Shown in pieces: positions 50,232-60,764 of a DNA stretch of 64,000 nt. A model generated the notes under the pieces. The model worked only from the letters and a program-made list of their open reading frames with translations, made no database searches and had not been told where the DNA came from. The stretch is from NCBI GenBank assembly GCA_963706185.1, contig CAVPLZ010000010.1, forward strand, positions 118,710-182,709, read 5' to 3'. This DNA is from an uncultured Actinomycetota bacterium. GTDB lineage: Bacteria; Actinomycetota; Actinomycetes; Mycobacteriales; Nakamurellaceae. A program made the translations under genes and the position numbers. Position 1 is the stretch's first letter, and every line of letters begins with the position of its first letter.

Positions 50232-51706
50232 GACGGAAGCTCGGCGGCCGGTACCGCCAGGGCGGCCTCGGCCGCGGTCAGCGCCGCCTCGGCCTGGTCC
50301 AGCGCGCCGGCGGCGGCCTCGGGATGCCTGTCCAGCAACTGACGGGCGGTGCCATAGCGCTCGGCCGCCCGGTCGACCGACTCGGCGGCCTCGCCCTCCA
50401 CGGCCAGCCCGTCCAACTCGGTCAGCCGGGCCGCCACCGCCGTCAGCCTGCCGACCAGCCGGTCCCGGGCGATCCGGCCGGCCCGGCGCCGCAGCCGCTT
50501 CTCGCCGCTGATCCGCAGACTCAGCACCACGCTCGCCGCCCCAGCCAGCACGGCCAGCCCGGCGAACAGCCAGGGCGCCAGCCGCACGGTCGCCGATACC
50601 GGATCAGCGGCCTCGTGCGGCGAGCGCGCGGTAGCCCGGTTGCTGCGCAGGTCACCGATCCGGCCGGCGACGGTCTTCGCCAGCGGCACGGGGTCCGGGC
50701 CCCAGGTGGCCAGTTGGTCGAGGAACTGCCCGTACAGGTACAGACTGGCCGACTGCTGCAGATCCGGGTCGGGCCCGGCGGTCTGCACCCAGAGGCCGTG
50801 CACCACCACGACCAGGTCGTCCGGGAATCGAGCGGCGAGCGGGGTCAGGTAGTCGACCAACGGCTCGCCCTCGGTGACGGCCGGGAAGGCGGCGATCCGG
50901 ACGGTCAGTCCCGCGGACGTGCCCCCACTCCCGAGGCCGGCGACCGGGGCGACGCCGGGCGCGGTGTAGACCTGATCGGCCGCCAGCACGTCGCCGATCC
51001 GGGCCGCCTGCGCCGGGTCAGCGGCCTGCATGGCCGGCGGGTACGCCGGATCGGTGGTGCTGTCGGCGCGGTCCGCCGCGTGATCGATCGCCGAGATCAC
51101 CGGATCCGTGACGTCGTAGCGGGCGAACACGGGAACCAGACCACCGCGGGTCGACGGGACGACGTCCAGAAAGTCGACAGCGACCGAGAGTCCTTCCACG
51201 ACGACAAGATGCTTGCGATCGGCGACCAGGTTCTGATCGAGGAGCGCAGTGGCGACCTGCTCGACCTGATCGCGGTAGACCTCGCGTCCGTCCAGCCCGG
51301 AGAACGGCAGGAACAGCACCCGGACGCCGGTGCCCTGCAGGGCCGCCGTCACCCGGGTCCGGTCGATCCGCGCGGGGGCACCGGAGACCTGCCCGATCGA
51401 CGATCTGCGAACCGCATCTTCCGCGGCGGCCACCGTCCACGACAGCGGCCCGGGCGCGGCCGTGGTTCCGGTCGCACCGGGCGTCGTGGCCGCCGACGAC
51501 GAGCCCGGATCGTCGAGATAGTCGGCGGTGCCCTTGACCAGTCCGTAGCCCACTACGACCAGCGCGAAGGCACCCACCACGATCGCGAGGGTGCGGAGCC
51601 GGGCCAGCCGACGTTCGCGACGGCTCTTGACCGCATCGAGCCGACCGCGCCCCGTGCGCCGCTGCGCAGCGGTCGCGGCAGCCTGCCGCCGCTGCGGTTC
51701 CCCCAT
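50228..51706 (-). CDS. Hypothetical two-TM protein with extracytoplasmic domains and Ala/Glu-rich helical tail
   Basis: 492-aa ORF; TM, VYTAPG segment, TM, helical C-terminus. Confidence 0.75.
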   Translation of the reverse strand: MGEPQRRQAAATAAQRRTGRGRLDAVKSRRERRLARLRTLAIVVGAFALVVVGYGLVKGTADYLDDPGSSSAATTPGATGTTAAPGPLSWTVAAAEDAVRRSSIGQVSGAPARIDRTRVTAALQGTGVRVLFLPFSGLDGREVYRDQVEQVATALLDQNLVADRKHLVVVEGLSVAVDFLDVVPSTRGGLVPVFARYDVTDPVISAIDHAADRADSTTDPAYPPAMQAADPAQAARIGDVLAADQVYTAPGVAPVAGLGSGGTSAGLTVRIAAFPAVTEGEPLVDYLTPLAARFPDDLVVVVHGLWVQTAGPDPDLQQSASLYLYGQFLDQLATWGPDPVPLAKTVAGRIGDLRSNRATARSPHEAADPVSATVRLAPWLFAGLAVLAGAASVVLSLRISGEKRLRRRAGRIARDRLVGRLTAVAARLTELDGLAVEGEAAESVDRAAERYGTARQLLDRHPEAAAGALDQAEAALTAAEAALAVPAAELPS

Positions 51707-51776
51707 GCCGGCATTCTATGAATTGCGATCACCGATCCGAGGGGTTTCCGCCCAGGTCGCAGCGCAGACTGAACGG

Positions 51777-52199
51777 ATGAAAGGTCCATCGCGGCGGTCG
51801 ATCCGCTCCCGCGGGTCGTTGCTCTCGATCGGCTCGGTCAACTCGGTGCTCTCGATCGGTTCGGTCGGGTCCGTCCTGTCGATCGGCTCGGTCGGATCGT
51901 TCGGCTCCGCGTTCTCGTTCGGGTCTGCCATGTCCGCGGCCTCGATCGGGTCGTTCCAGGCCGCCGGGGCCGTGCTGTCCGGGCAGTCGAACCGGTCCGT
52001 GCTGTCCTGGCAGTCGAACGGCGCGGTGCTGGCGAGCCGATCATCGGGGCCACTTCCGCAGGCGGCGCTGCTGCCCGTCGCGATCATGGGGCTCACCCTC
52101 GGAGTGCTCTGGGTGGTCCTCGTTCGGAGCGGAGGAATTCGGCGCCCGGGATCGCGGCCGCCCGGCGAATCCAATCCGTTGCCCGGAGCACCGGGATAG
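51777..52199 (+). CDS. Small Ser-periodic repeat protein with C-terminal TM
   Basis: SLLSIGSVN-SVLSIGSVG-SVLSIGSVG-SFGSAFSFG repeats; high GC at third codon positions in this frame. Confidence 0.75.
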   Translation: MKGPSRRSIRSRGSLLSIGSVNSVLSIGSVGSVLSIGSVGSFGSAFSFGSAMSAASIGSFQAAGAVLSGQSNRSVLSWQSNGAVLASRSSGPLPQAALLPVAIMGLTLGVLWVVLVRSGGIRRPGSRPPGESNPLPGAPG

Positions 52200-52306
52200 C
52201 CGATGGTGGTGGGCCTTTCGGGTTCGGCACGACCCCAGGGGTCCGGCGTCAGGCCGGCGTGAGGTTCGACCGGGAATGTCGCCGGCAACACACCGTCCAG
52301 ACCGAT

Positions 52307-52353
52307 TCAGTACCCGAACGCCGCATCGCTCAGTGACCGAACGGGCACACAAT
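52307..52353 (+). promoter_or_regulatory. Direct repeat pair followed by a -10-like hexamer
   Basis: TCAGTACCCGAACG at 52307 and TCAGTGACCGAACG at 52330, then CACAAT at 52348. Confidence 0.45.
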
Positions 52354-52433
52354 GGAGGGACGGAGTTGCCGTTCCGAAGTGCAGCGGCATCAGCGCCAAC
52401 ACCGGGTACCCAGTGACGATCAGGACGGTGCGC

Positions 52434-52622
52434 ATGGCAACAAGAACAGCCCGTCGGGCCCCGAAGACGACACCGCTGCCGCAGTCGCGCGGTGACCGGA
52501 AGAGCGCCGAGAAGATGGCGACGATCTACCGGACGGACGCGGCGCATTCGCCGTGGGAGAACTTCCAGAACGCCGGACCCGACGTCTACTGGGAAGTGCC
52601 GACAACTGCTCCGGCGAACTGA
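52434..52622 (+). CDS. 62-aa hypothetical protein
   Basis: MATRTARRAPKTTPLP..HSPWENFQNAGPDVYWEVPTTAPAN; GC3-biased codons, AGGA RBS. Confidence 0.6.
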   Translation: MATRTARRAPKTTPLPQSRGDRKSAEKMATIYRTDAAHSPWENFQNAGPDVYWEVPTTAPAN

Positions 52623-52655
52623 CCGACCGGTCGGGTCGAGCGCCGGCGAGGCTGC

Positions 52656-52697
52656 TCCTGGCGAATGCTCCCCAAGAGCGGGAGGCATTGCCCAGGA
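52656..52697. terminator. Imperfect hairpin between the convergent small ORF and ligD
   Basis: TCCTGG.GAATGCTCCC...GGGAGGCATTGCCCAGGA. Confidence 0.4.
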
Positions 52698-52727
52698 CTC
52701 TCGTGGCGCCCTGGGTGCTCGCCGCGA

Positions 52728-55311
52728 CTAGCTCTCCCGACGCACCTCGTCCGGGCTCTTGTCCGTCCGCAATCCCCGCCAACTCGGGTGGCGAAGCCGG
52801 CCGTCGTGGGTCCACTCACCGAACCGCACCTCACCCACCAGCGTCGGGTTGCACCCACACCGCGTCCTTTGCATCGGGCCTCGGCACCGGCCCGGTGACC
52901 GGGCTCGTCCTTCGTCCGCAACGGTTCGAGCCGGCCGTACAGGTCATCCAGCACGGCGTCGGTGAAGCCGGTGCCGACCTTCCCGATGTAGGTCAACCCA
53001 CCATCCTCCGGAATCGCCAGCAGCAGGGAGCCGATGGTGCCGGCCCGGCGTCCCGACCCCGGCTTCCAGCCGACCACGATGCCCTCCTGCACCCTGGAGT
53101 TCTTGATCTTGATCCAGCTGTGCACGCGTTGCCCCGGGCGGTAGGGCGCGTCCGCCTTCTTGGCGACGATGCCCTCCCAATGCCGGGCGTCGCTGGCGTC
53201 CAGTGCCTCGGCCGCGGTGCCGGTCATCGGCTCGGGCACCTCGACCGACGTCGCCCTGCGGGTTCAGTGCGGTCAACAGCCGGCGACGGACGTCGTACCC
53301 GCGCCGCACCAACGAAACCCCGTCCAGCCAGAGGATGTCGAACACGTAGTAGCGCACCGGCACCTTGGTCCGGACCCGGCTCGACATCGGCCTTGCGGGT
53401 CAGCCCCATCCGCTGCTGCAGCAGCCCGAAGTCGGTGCGACCGTCGTCGTCGAGCGCCACGATCTCGCCGTCCAGCACCACCGCATGTGCCCGACGGTGA
53501 GCTCGATCAGCTCGGCCAGCTCGGGGTAGCCGACGGTGATGTCGCGGCCGGTCCGGCTGGTCAGCCGCAGCGTCGCCGTTGCCGACGGCGGCCAACGCGC
53601 GGATGCCGTCCCACTTGCCCTCGAACCGCCAGTCGTCGCCGACTGAGTTGGTCGACGGTGCCCGCGGTGGCCAGCATCGGCGCGAGATCGGTCGGTGGGG
53701 AAGGCAGGTCGGGTTCGGCCGGGCCGGGTCCGCCCGGGCCGAGCCGGCGTCGGCGCCCGGTCTCGCGCCGGCCGGCCGCGCGTCATCCGGCGCCGGGCCG
53801 CCGTCCGCGTCGTCGTCCGCCGGGGATCCGGCCGTCGGCACCCGAGATCCGGTGAGCGCGTCGCTGTCCGGGATCCTGGCCCGTCGGGACGCCGGCTCCG
53901 GATGCGGCACCCATCGACCCTGCTGGTCCTTCATCCGGCGCAGCAACCAGTTCTTGCCGTCGGTGCGCACGATCACGTACCGGCCCTGGACCTTGCCGCC
54001 GTGGAACCGGACGATCACCTCGTCGCTCCACCACTTCTCGGTCTCGTAGGTGCCCGAGTCCCAGATGGTCATCTCGCCGCCGCCGTACTCGCCGGCCGGG
54101 ATGGTGCCGGAGAACGCGGCGTACTCGAGCGGGTGGTCCTCGGTGTGCACCGCCAGCCGGTTGTCGCCGCTGTTCTCCGGGATTCCCCGGGGAACGGCCC
54201 AGGACACCAGCACGCCGGCCCGTTCCAACCGCAGGTCCCAGTGCAACCGACGGGCGTGATGCTCCTGGATGACGAAGGTGTCGTCGGCGCCGTGCGGTTG
54301 CGCTCCCGGCCGCCGGCACCGGTTCGGGGGTGCGGTCGGCCGAGCGCATGGCCCGGTAGGTGCGCCAACCGGTCCGGCTCGCTGCCCGGCGCCGACCCTG
54401 CGCCCTGGCGTCGGGGTCGGCAGCCACCGCGCGCCGAGCGGCGCCGTCGGATCGAGGCCGCCGGCGACCCGCTCGAGCACCTCGGCGAACTCCAGGTGCC
54501 GCAGGTCGGGATCGGCCAGCTCGTCCCAGGTCCGCGGGCGCGGCCACCGTCGGGTGCGGGCGGCCGCGCAGCGAGTACGGCGCGATGGTGGTCTTGTTGC
54601 CGTTGTTCTGCGACCAGTCGATGAACACCCGTTTCGGCCGCAGCGCCTTGCTCATCTTGGAGGTGACCAGGTCGGGGTGGTCGCCCTCGATGGTCCTGGC
54701 CACCTGCTGGGCGATCGCCGACACCTCGTCCGACGACTGCGGGTGCGGTCCAGCGCGACGTACAGGTGCAGGCCCTTGGAGCCCGAGGTGACCGGCACCG
54801 CGTCGGCACCGACGTCGCCCAGCAGCTCGCGCACCCAGAACGCCACCTGCGCGCAGTCGGCCAGGGTGACGCCAGGCCCGGGGTCGAGGTCGAACACCAT
54901 CCGGTCGGGCTTCCCGGGAAGTCCGTCGGAGTCGAACTGCCACTGCGGCACGTGCAGTTCCAGGGCGCCGTTCTGGCCGAACCAGGCCAGCGCCGCGGGC
55001 GAGGCGGCCAGCGGGTAGTCGATCGCCCCGGAGCGGTGGTCGATGCGCTGCCGGGGCATCCAGGTCGGCGTCGCCTTGTCGACGTTCTTCTGGAAGAACG
55101 GCTCGGCCTCCACCCCGTTCGGCCAGCGCTTGCGGGTCACCGGGCGGCCGACGCACCACGGGCAGCATCGACCGGCGCGATCTGCGCGTAGTAGCTGATC
55201 ACCTCGGCCTTGGTGGTGCCGGTCGCCGGGTACAGCACCTTGTCCAGATTGGTCAGGGTGAACCGGTGACCGTCGATCTCGACCAGGGTCTTCTGCGGCC
55301 TTGGGCGGCAT
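52728..55311 (-). CDS. ligD: NHEJ ligase LigD (polymerase-phosphoesterase-ligase), many frameshifts
   Basis: RWPNGV..FFQKN, DRMVFDLDPG, TSGSKGLHLY, FIDWSQN; FVIQEHHARRLHWDLRLE; FEGKWDGIR, EGIVAK, WIKIK, HPSWRGLR. Confidence 0.93.
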
Positions 55312-55352
55312 GCCGCTCACCTCCCGGTGCCGAGTGGATCATTCGAGCGCGC

Positions 55353-55374
55353 TGTCACACCCGGGGTCCATCAT
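55353..55374 (+). promoter_or_regulatory. Degenerate PafBC-type promoter for ku
   Basis: TGTCAC-N10-CATCAT, 6 nt before ATG 55381. Confidence 0.4.
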
Positions 55375-55380
55375 GGACGG

Positions 55381-56388
55381 ATGCGATCGATCTGGAAGGG
55401 CTCGCTGGCGTTCGGCTTGGTCAACGTGCCGATCAAGGTGTACAGCGCCACCGAGGACAAGGACATCAGTTTCCACCAGGTGCACGCCAAGGACGGCGGC
55501 CGCATCCGGTATCAACGGATCTGCGAGCTGGACGGCGAGGTCGTCGAGTTCTCCGAGATCGCCAAGGCCTACGAGAGCGACGACGGCCGGACGGTGATCC
55601 TCACCAAGGAGGACTTCGACTCCCTGCCGGTCGAGGAGTCGCACGAGATCGAGGTGCTCAGCTTCGTCCCGGTGGACCAGGTCGACACCATGCTCTACGA
55701 CAAGTCGTACTACCTGGAGCCGGCATCGAAGTCGGTCAAGGCGTACGAGCTGCTGCGGCAGACGCTGCTGGACACGCGACCGGCTGGCCATCGTGCACTT
55801 CGCGCTGCGGCAGAAGACCAGGCTGGCCGCGCTGCGGGTGCGCGGTGACGTGCTCACCGTGCAGACCCTGCTGTGGCCGGACGAGGTCCGTGAGGCGTCG
55901 ATTTCGCCAGTCTGGACACCTCGGTGAAGATCTCCGCCCAGGAGAAGCAGATGGCCTCGATGCTGGTCGACTCGTTCGCCGCGGACTTCGAGCCGGGGCA
56001 GTACACCGACACCTATCGGGAGGAGCTCGAGCAGCTGATCCAGGCGAAGCTCGACGGCGGCGAGGCGTTCACCGCCCAGGAGCCGGAGTCGGGCGAGGAC
56101 GCCGAGGTGGTCGACCTGCTGGCCGCGCTGCAGCGGAGCATGGAAAAGCGCGGCGGCAAGACCCCGTCCGGGTCGAAGGCTTCCGGGTCGAAGGCGGCCG
56201 GGTCGTCCGGCAGCTCGCGCGCGAAGGCGAAGTCGGAGGACGACGAGGAGGAAGCGGCCACCGGCACGGACTCGGCCAAGCCGACGACTCGGCGCCGGTC
56301 GTCGAGCGGGTCGAGTTCGCGCTCGTCGAGCACCAAGGAATCGACCGGCACCTCGGCCCGCAGCCGCAGCACCAAGGCCAAGAGCTGA
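55381..56388 (+). CDS. ku: NHEJ Ku protein, frameshifted near 55775 and 55900
   Basis: MRSIWKGSLAFGLVNVPIKVYSATE, SYYLEP, YTDTYREEL, VVDLLAALQRS, basic Ser-rich tail; divergent from ligD. Confidence 0.95.
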
Positions 56389-56542
56389 GTAGCCACGGCC
56401 GAGAGCGGAAGGCGAGCGGCGGCCGGAAGGCTCACTTCGGGCCCGCGGACCTCCAACGCAGGACGATCCTCCCGTCCGGACCAGGACATCTGTCATGGTG
56501 CGTCCGGCCGGAACCCCGCCGAGCGGGCCGACATGGCAGCCG

Positions 56543-57249
56543 TCAATCGGACCCGGTGACTGCGGATACCCAGACAGCGGCCGCCAGCCGGGCCGGGACC
56601 GGCGTCCCGGCCGCGATCGGTGCTGACGAGCGGCACCGCCCCGGCTCCCGCCGGCACGACGTCGACCTCGACGACGACGGCGGGGGTGACGCCGAGCCGC
56701 GGCGGCGACGGCCAGGATGAGCGGGTCGGCGTCCGACACCCGGTGCACCCGATAACGCCCGGGCGAGCGGACCTCGGCCAGGGTCAAGGCGTCGGCCGGC
56801 CGCAAAGTGTGACCGACGGCATCGGGAATGGGATCGCCGTGCGGGTCCACCGTCGGGTGGCCCAGCGTCGCGTCGATGCGCGCCAGCAACAGGTCGGACA
56901 CATCGTGTTCCAGTCGCTCGGCGTCTTCGTGCACCTCGTCCCATCCGTAGCCGAGCACGGTGACCAGAAAGGTCTCGAGCAACCGGTGCCGACGGACCAT
57001 GGCGACCGCGCACGCAGCGCCCGCGACGGTCAGCCGCACCGGCTTGTACGGCGCGTACTCGACCAGGCCCTGCGCGGCCAGCCGTCGCATGGTCTCGGTG
57101 ACATTCGCAGCACTGGTCCCGAACCTCGCTGCCAATGCCTTCGTGGTGATCGGCGGCTCGCCCCACTCCGTCGCCGACCAGATCACCTTGAGGTAGTCCT
57201 GGGCAACCCGGGTGAGCGAGTCGAGGTCCACCGTCCCCGGGCCCGGCAT
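56543..57249 (-). CDS. mntR: DtxR/MntR-family metal-dependent repressor, frameshifted near the C-terminus
   Basis: QDYLKVIW, VRRHRLLETFL, EVHEDAERLEH, DPHGDPIP; coupled to mntH. Confidence 0.88.
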
Positions 57250-58512
57250 CACGCCGCTCCGGACACGGTCAGGACGACCAACGTCACGTTCAACAGCACG
57301 ACCAGCCCGGTTGCCACCCAGGCCACCGCGGTCAGCAACCTCCGGTTGACGAACGCGCCCATCATGTTCCGCCGGGAGGTGTAGGCCACCAGCGGAATCA
57401 GCGCAAAGGGGAGCCCGACGCTGAGCAGCACCTGGCTGAGCACCAGCGCCCTGGTCGGGTCGACGCCGATGGCCAGCACCACCAGCGCCGGGATCAACGT
57501 GACCACCCGGCGCACCAGCAGCGGAACCCGCACCCGGAGCAGGCCGCCCATGATCGTCGCGCCCGCGTAGCTGCCCACCGAGGTGGAGGCCAGCCCCGAC
57601 GCGAGCAGCCCGATCCCGAAGGCGATGCCCACGGCCGGGCCGAGCGTCGCGGTGATAGCCGGCGTGCGCCCCTTCGATGGTGTCGGTGTCGTGCGCACCG
57701 GACAGCCGGTGGCCGCCAACAGCAGCATCGCGATGTTCACCGTGCCGGCCACCACCAGCGCGATGGCCACGTCCCACCTGGTGGCGCGCAGCAGCCGCGT
57801 CAACCGGATCGGGTCACGACTGAACGCCGTGTCGGTCGCGGGCGAGTCCGGAGTGCAGGTAGATCGCGTGCGGCATGACCGTGGCACCCAACATGCTGGC
57901 CGCCAGGACGACGGACTCGGTGCCCTCGAAGCGGGGCACCAGGCCACCGACCACCGCCCGCCAGTCCAGCCGGCTGAACAGCAGTCCGGCGACGAATCCG
58001 ATGGTGATGATCGCCAGCAGTCCCATGATGACGAACTCGAACGGCCTTTGCCCGCGGCGGGACTGCACGCTCAGCAGCACCATCGAGACCACACCGACGA
58101 TCAGGCCACCCAGCGGCAGTGGCACGCCGAAAAGGATGTGTAGGGCCAGCGCACCGCCGATCACCTCGGCCAGATCCGTCGCCGCGGCAACGAGTTCGGC
58201 CTGCACCCAGTAGATCAGCCGGCCGGACCGGGGCAGCCGGTCACCGAGCAGATCCGGCAGACTTCGCCCGGTGACCAGCCCCACCTTCGCCGACAGGTAC
58301 TGCACCACCATCGCGATCAGATTGGCGACCACCAGCACCCAGAGCAACAGGTAGCCGTACTTGGCCCCGGCGGTCAGGTTGACGGCGACGTTGCCGGGGT
58401 CGACGTAGGCGATCGCCGCCACGAACGACGGACCCAACAGCCACACCAGGCGCCGGCCGGAGTCGTCGGGCACGCCCCGCGACTTCGCCAGCGCCATCTC
58501 CGCCCGCGTCAC
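57249..58512 (-). CDS. mntH: Nramp Mn2+/Fe2+ transporter MntH, frameshifted
   Basis: AYVDPGN, ATDLAEVIGGA, GATVMPHAIYLHS, LVLSQVLLS. Confidence 0.94.
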
Positions 58513-58536
58513 GAGAGTTAAGGTACCTTAACTCTC
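58513..58536. promoter_or_regulatory. Perfect 24-bp palindrome, probable MntR operator
   Basis: GAGAGTTAAGGTACCTTAACTCTC immediately 5' of the mntH GTG start. Confidence 0.85.
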
Positions 58537-58730
58537 ACCCCTGGGCCACGCCCCGCGGCGTCACGCCGTTGATGACGCATCGTGATCTGAGTTGTCGCCT
58601 CGCTTACCGAATGGGTGAGAAATCGGACATTTCCCCCGGCTGGCTTGCGGAGGCGCTGCTGCAGTGGTGATCTGACATCTCTGGTCCAACCAAGCGCCAG
58701 ACCGCCTCCGTGATCCGGAAGGCACCTCTC

Positions 58731-59533
58731 ATGTCCCCCTCCGCTGAACTGGCTCGGCCGCGCCGTGCCCATCGCGTCGACGAAACCGACGCATCCCGAT
58801 CCGTCCTGGAAGAGCTGACCAGGGCCCGAAGCACCGGGAACCCCCGCGCGATCCAACGCGCCGAGGACGCCGTGTGCCTGCACTACCTCGATTTCGCCAC
58901 CACCATCGCCCACCGCTTCCGCGGTCGGGGGATCGACGCCGACGACGTCCTGCAGGTCGCCAGGGTCGGCCTGGTCAAGGCGGTTCGCGGCTGGCGACCC
59001 CAGCCCGGCGGCGGATTCCTGCAGTACGCCACCCCGATGATCACCGGAGAGGTCAAGCGCTTCTTCCGTGACCACGGCACGCTGATCCGGATGCCGCGGA
59101 CCGTGCAACAGGCCGGCCCGGCCATCGTGATGGCCCGGGAGGATCTCGGTCCGCCTCGGCCGCGTCCCGACCGACAGCGAGATCGCCGCCACCGCAGGGA
59201 TTCCCGAGGAACTGGTGCGCGCCGACCGGGCCGCCCGCGAGCGCTGCGCGGTGTCGTCCCTCGATGCGCTGGACTCGGTGGACGACCCCACGTTGCGGAG
59301 CGGTGTCCGACGAGGACGGCTGCTCGGTCGAGGACCGGATCATGTTGCGGCAGAGCCTGTCTGCCCTGTCGTCGCGCGAACGGACGATGATCGGGATGCG
59401 ATTCTTCCGTGATCGGACCCAGGATCAGATCGGCAAGGCGCTGGGCATCAGCCAGATGCAGGTGTCCCGGTTGCTGCGGGACACCCTGGCCAAGATGCAC
59501 CAGTCCCTGGCCGACGAGCCGATCAGCGCCTGA
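58731..59533 (+). CDS. SigF/SigB-family sigma factor, frameshifted
   Basis: IAHRFRGRG..DDVLQVARVGLVKAV, YATPMITGEVKRFFRD, TQDQIGKALGISQMQVSRLL. Confidence 0.9.
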
Positions 59534-59648
59534 GCGGGCCGGAAAGCTGGCTCGGGCCAGCTCTGCTCTGCCCTGCGCCTGCGTCATCGGCAGGTCCCCG
59601 TCATCGGTAACCCACCGGTGACGGGGACACGGCCCGGCGACGCCGTCC

Positions 59649-60270
59649 TCACAGGGACGGGCGTAGGGAGCGCAGATGGCGCTTGCGGTCCGTCTCGGAC
59701 CTGGGCAGGGTCGGCAGGCCCAGCGCACCGGTGGTGTCGACCCAGACCTCGGCCAGCGCCAGGTACGCGGTCGAGCTCGGTGGATCGGCCTCGGCGGCGA
59801 CGTTCGGCTCGCCCGCGACCGCCTCACCGTCGAGGCTCAACGTCCCCTGCGCGCAGGGCAGGTAGACGTTGCTCAGGCCCACCGCGGACGGCCCCAAGCG
59901 GAAGGCCGGGTCGACGAAGTGCCTGCGGTCCAGCACCTCTGAGATCGCCACGGCGATCCCGGGCGCGGTGGCGCGCAGACCCTTCGCCGGATCCAGTTCG
60001 ATCCGCGGGCGTGCCGGCGACATGGTGCACTCTGCTGTCCCAGGCGAACTCCTCGGCCTCGGGCAGGTGCCGGGTGAACCGGTCGAGCAGGATGCGGGCG
60101 AAGTGCTCGTCGTCGGCCGCGGTCAGCCAGCCGAACTCGGTGGCGACGATGATCACCGAGCCGCCACCCCAGCGCGACCAGTCGACCGACCAGACCGACG
60201 CGAACGCCACGGGGTGCTCGTCCCGGTAGAGCAGCAGTCCCGGATTACTCCCGATCAGCACGACGCTCAT
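59649..60270 (-). CDS. Hypothetical protein, frameshifted near 60010
   Basis: MSVVLIGSNPGLLLY..ASVWSVDWSRWG..; C-terminal SSTAYLALAEVWV in a second frame. Confidence 0.65.
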
Positions 60271-60376
60271 GACCCAGTCAGTGTGACCCAGCCCGGCGAG
60301 ACCGGCGACTCGACGGCGCTCATCCCACCCCCGGTCCGTACCTGATCGAAACCGGAACAATCCACCCGATTCACCT

Positions 60377-60402
60377 GTTTGGCCGCAACCTTGTGCGGGC
60401 AC
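60377..60402 (+). promoter_or_regulatory. Possible SigF/SigB-type promoter
   Basis: GTTT-N16-GGGCAC upstream of the GlsB/YeaQ gene. Confidence 0.45.
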
Positions 60403-60477
60403 CCGTGGTCCGGAGGCGCCGCCTCCCGTGGCGTCCCACCGGCCGTGCACGCGTTCCTCACCACCTTGGAGGCAACC

Positions 60478-60760
60478 ATGCACTGGCTCGGACTCATCAT
60501 CAGCCTGCTGATCATCGGCCTGATCGCCGGATTCATCGCCCGCGCGCTCGTTCCCGGCCGGCAGAACATGTCCGTGGGCATGACATCTGGTGCTCGGCAT
60601 CATCGGCTCGTTCGTCGGCGGATTCCTCGGGTATCTGCTGTTCCGCAAGGACTCCCAGGACGGCTTCTTCCAGCCGGCCGGGATCATCGGTTCGATCATC
60701 GGCGCGGTCATCGTGCTGCTCATCTACTTGGCGATGAGTCGTCGCCGGTCGACCGTCTGA
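60478..60760 (+). CDS. GlsB/YeaQ/YmgE (transglycosylase-associated) stress membrane protein, frameshifted
   Basis: LIIGLIAGFIARALVPGRQNMS..LGIIGSFVGGFLG..GIIGSIIGAVIVLLIY; GGAGG RBS. Confidence 0.88.
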
Positions 60761-60764
60761 TCGG

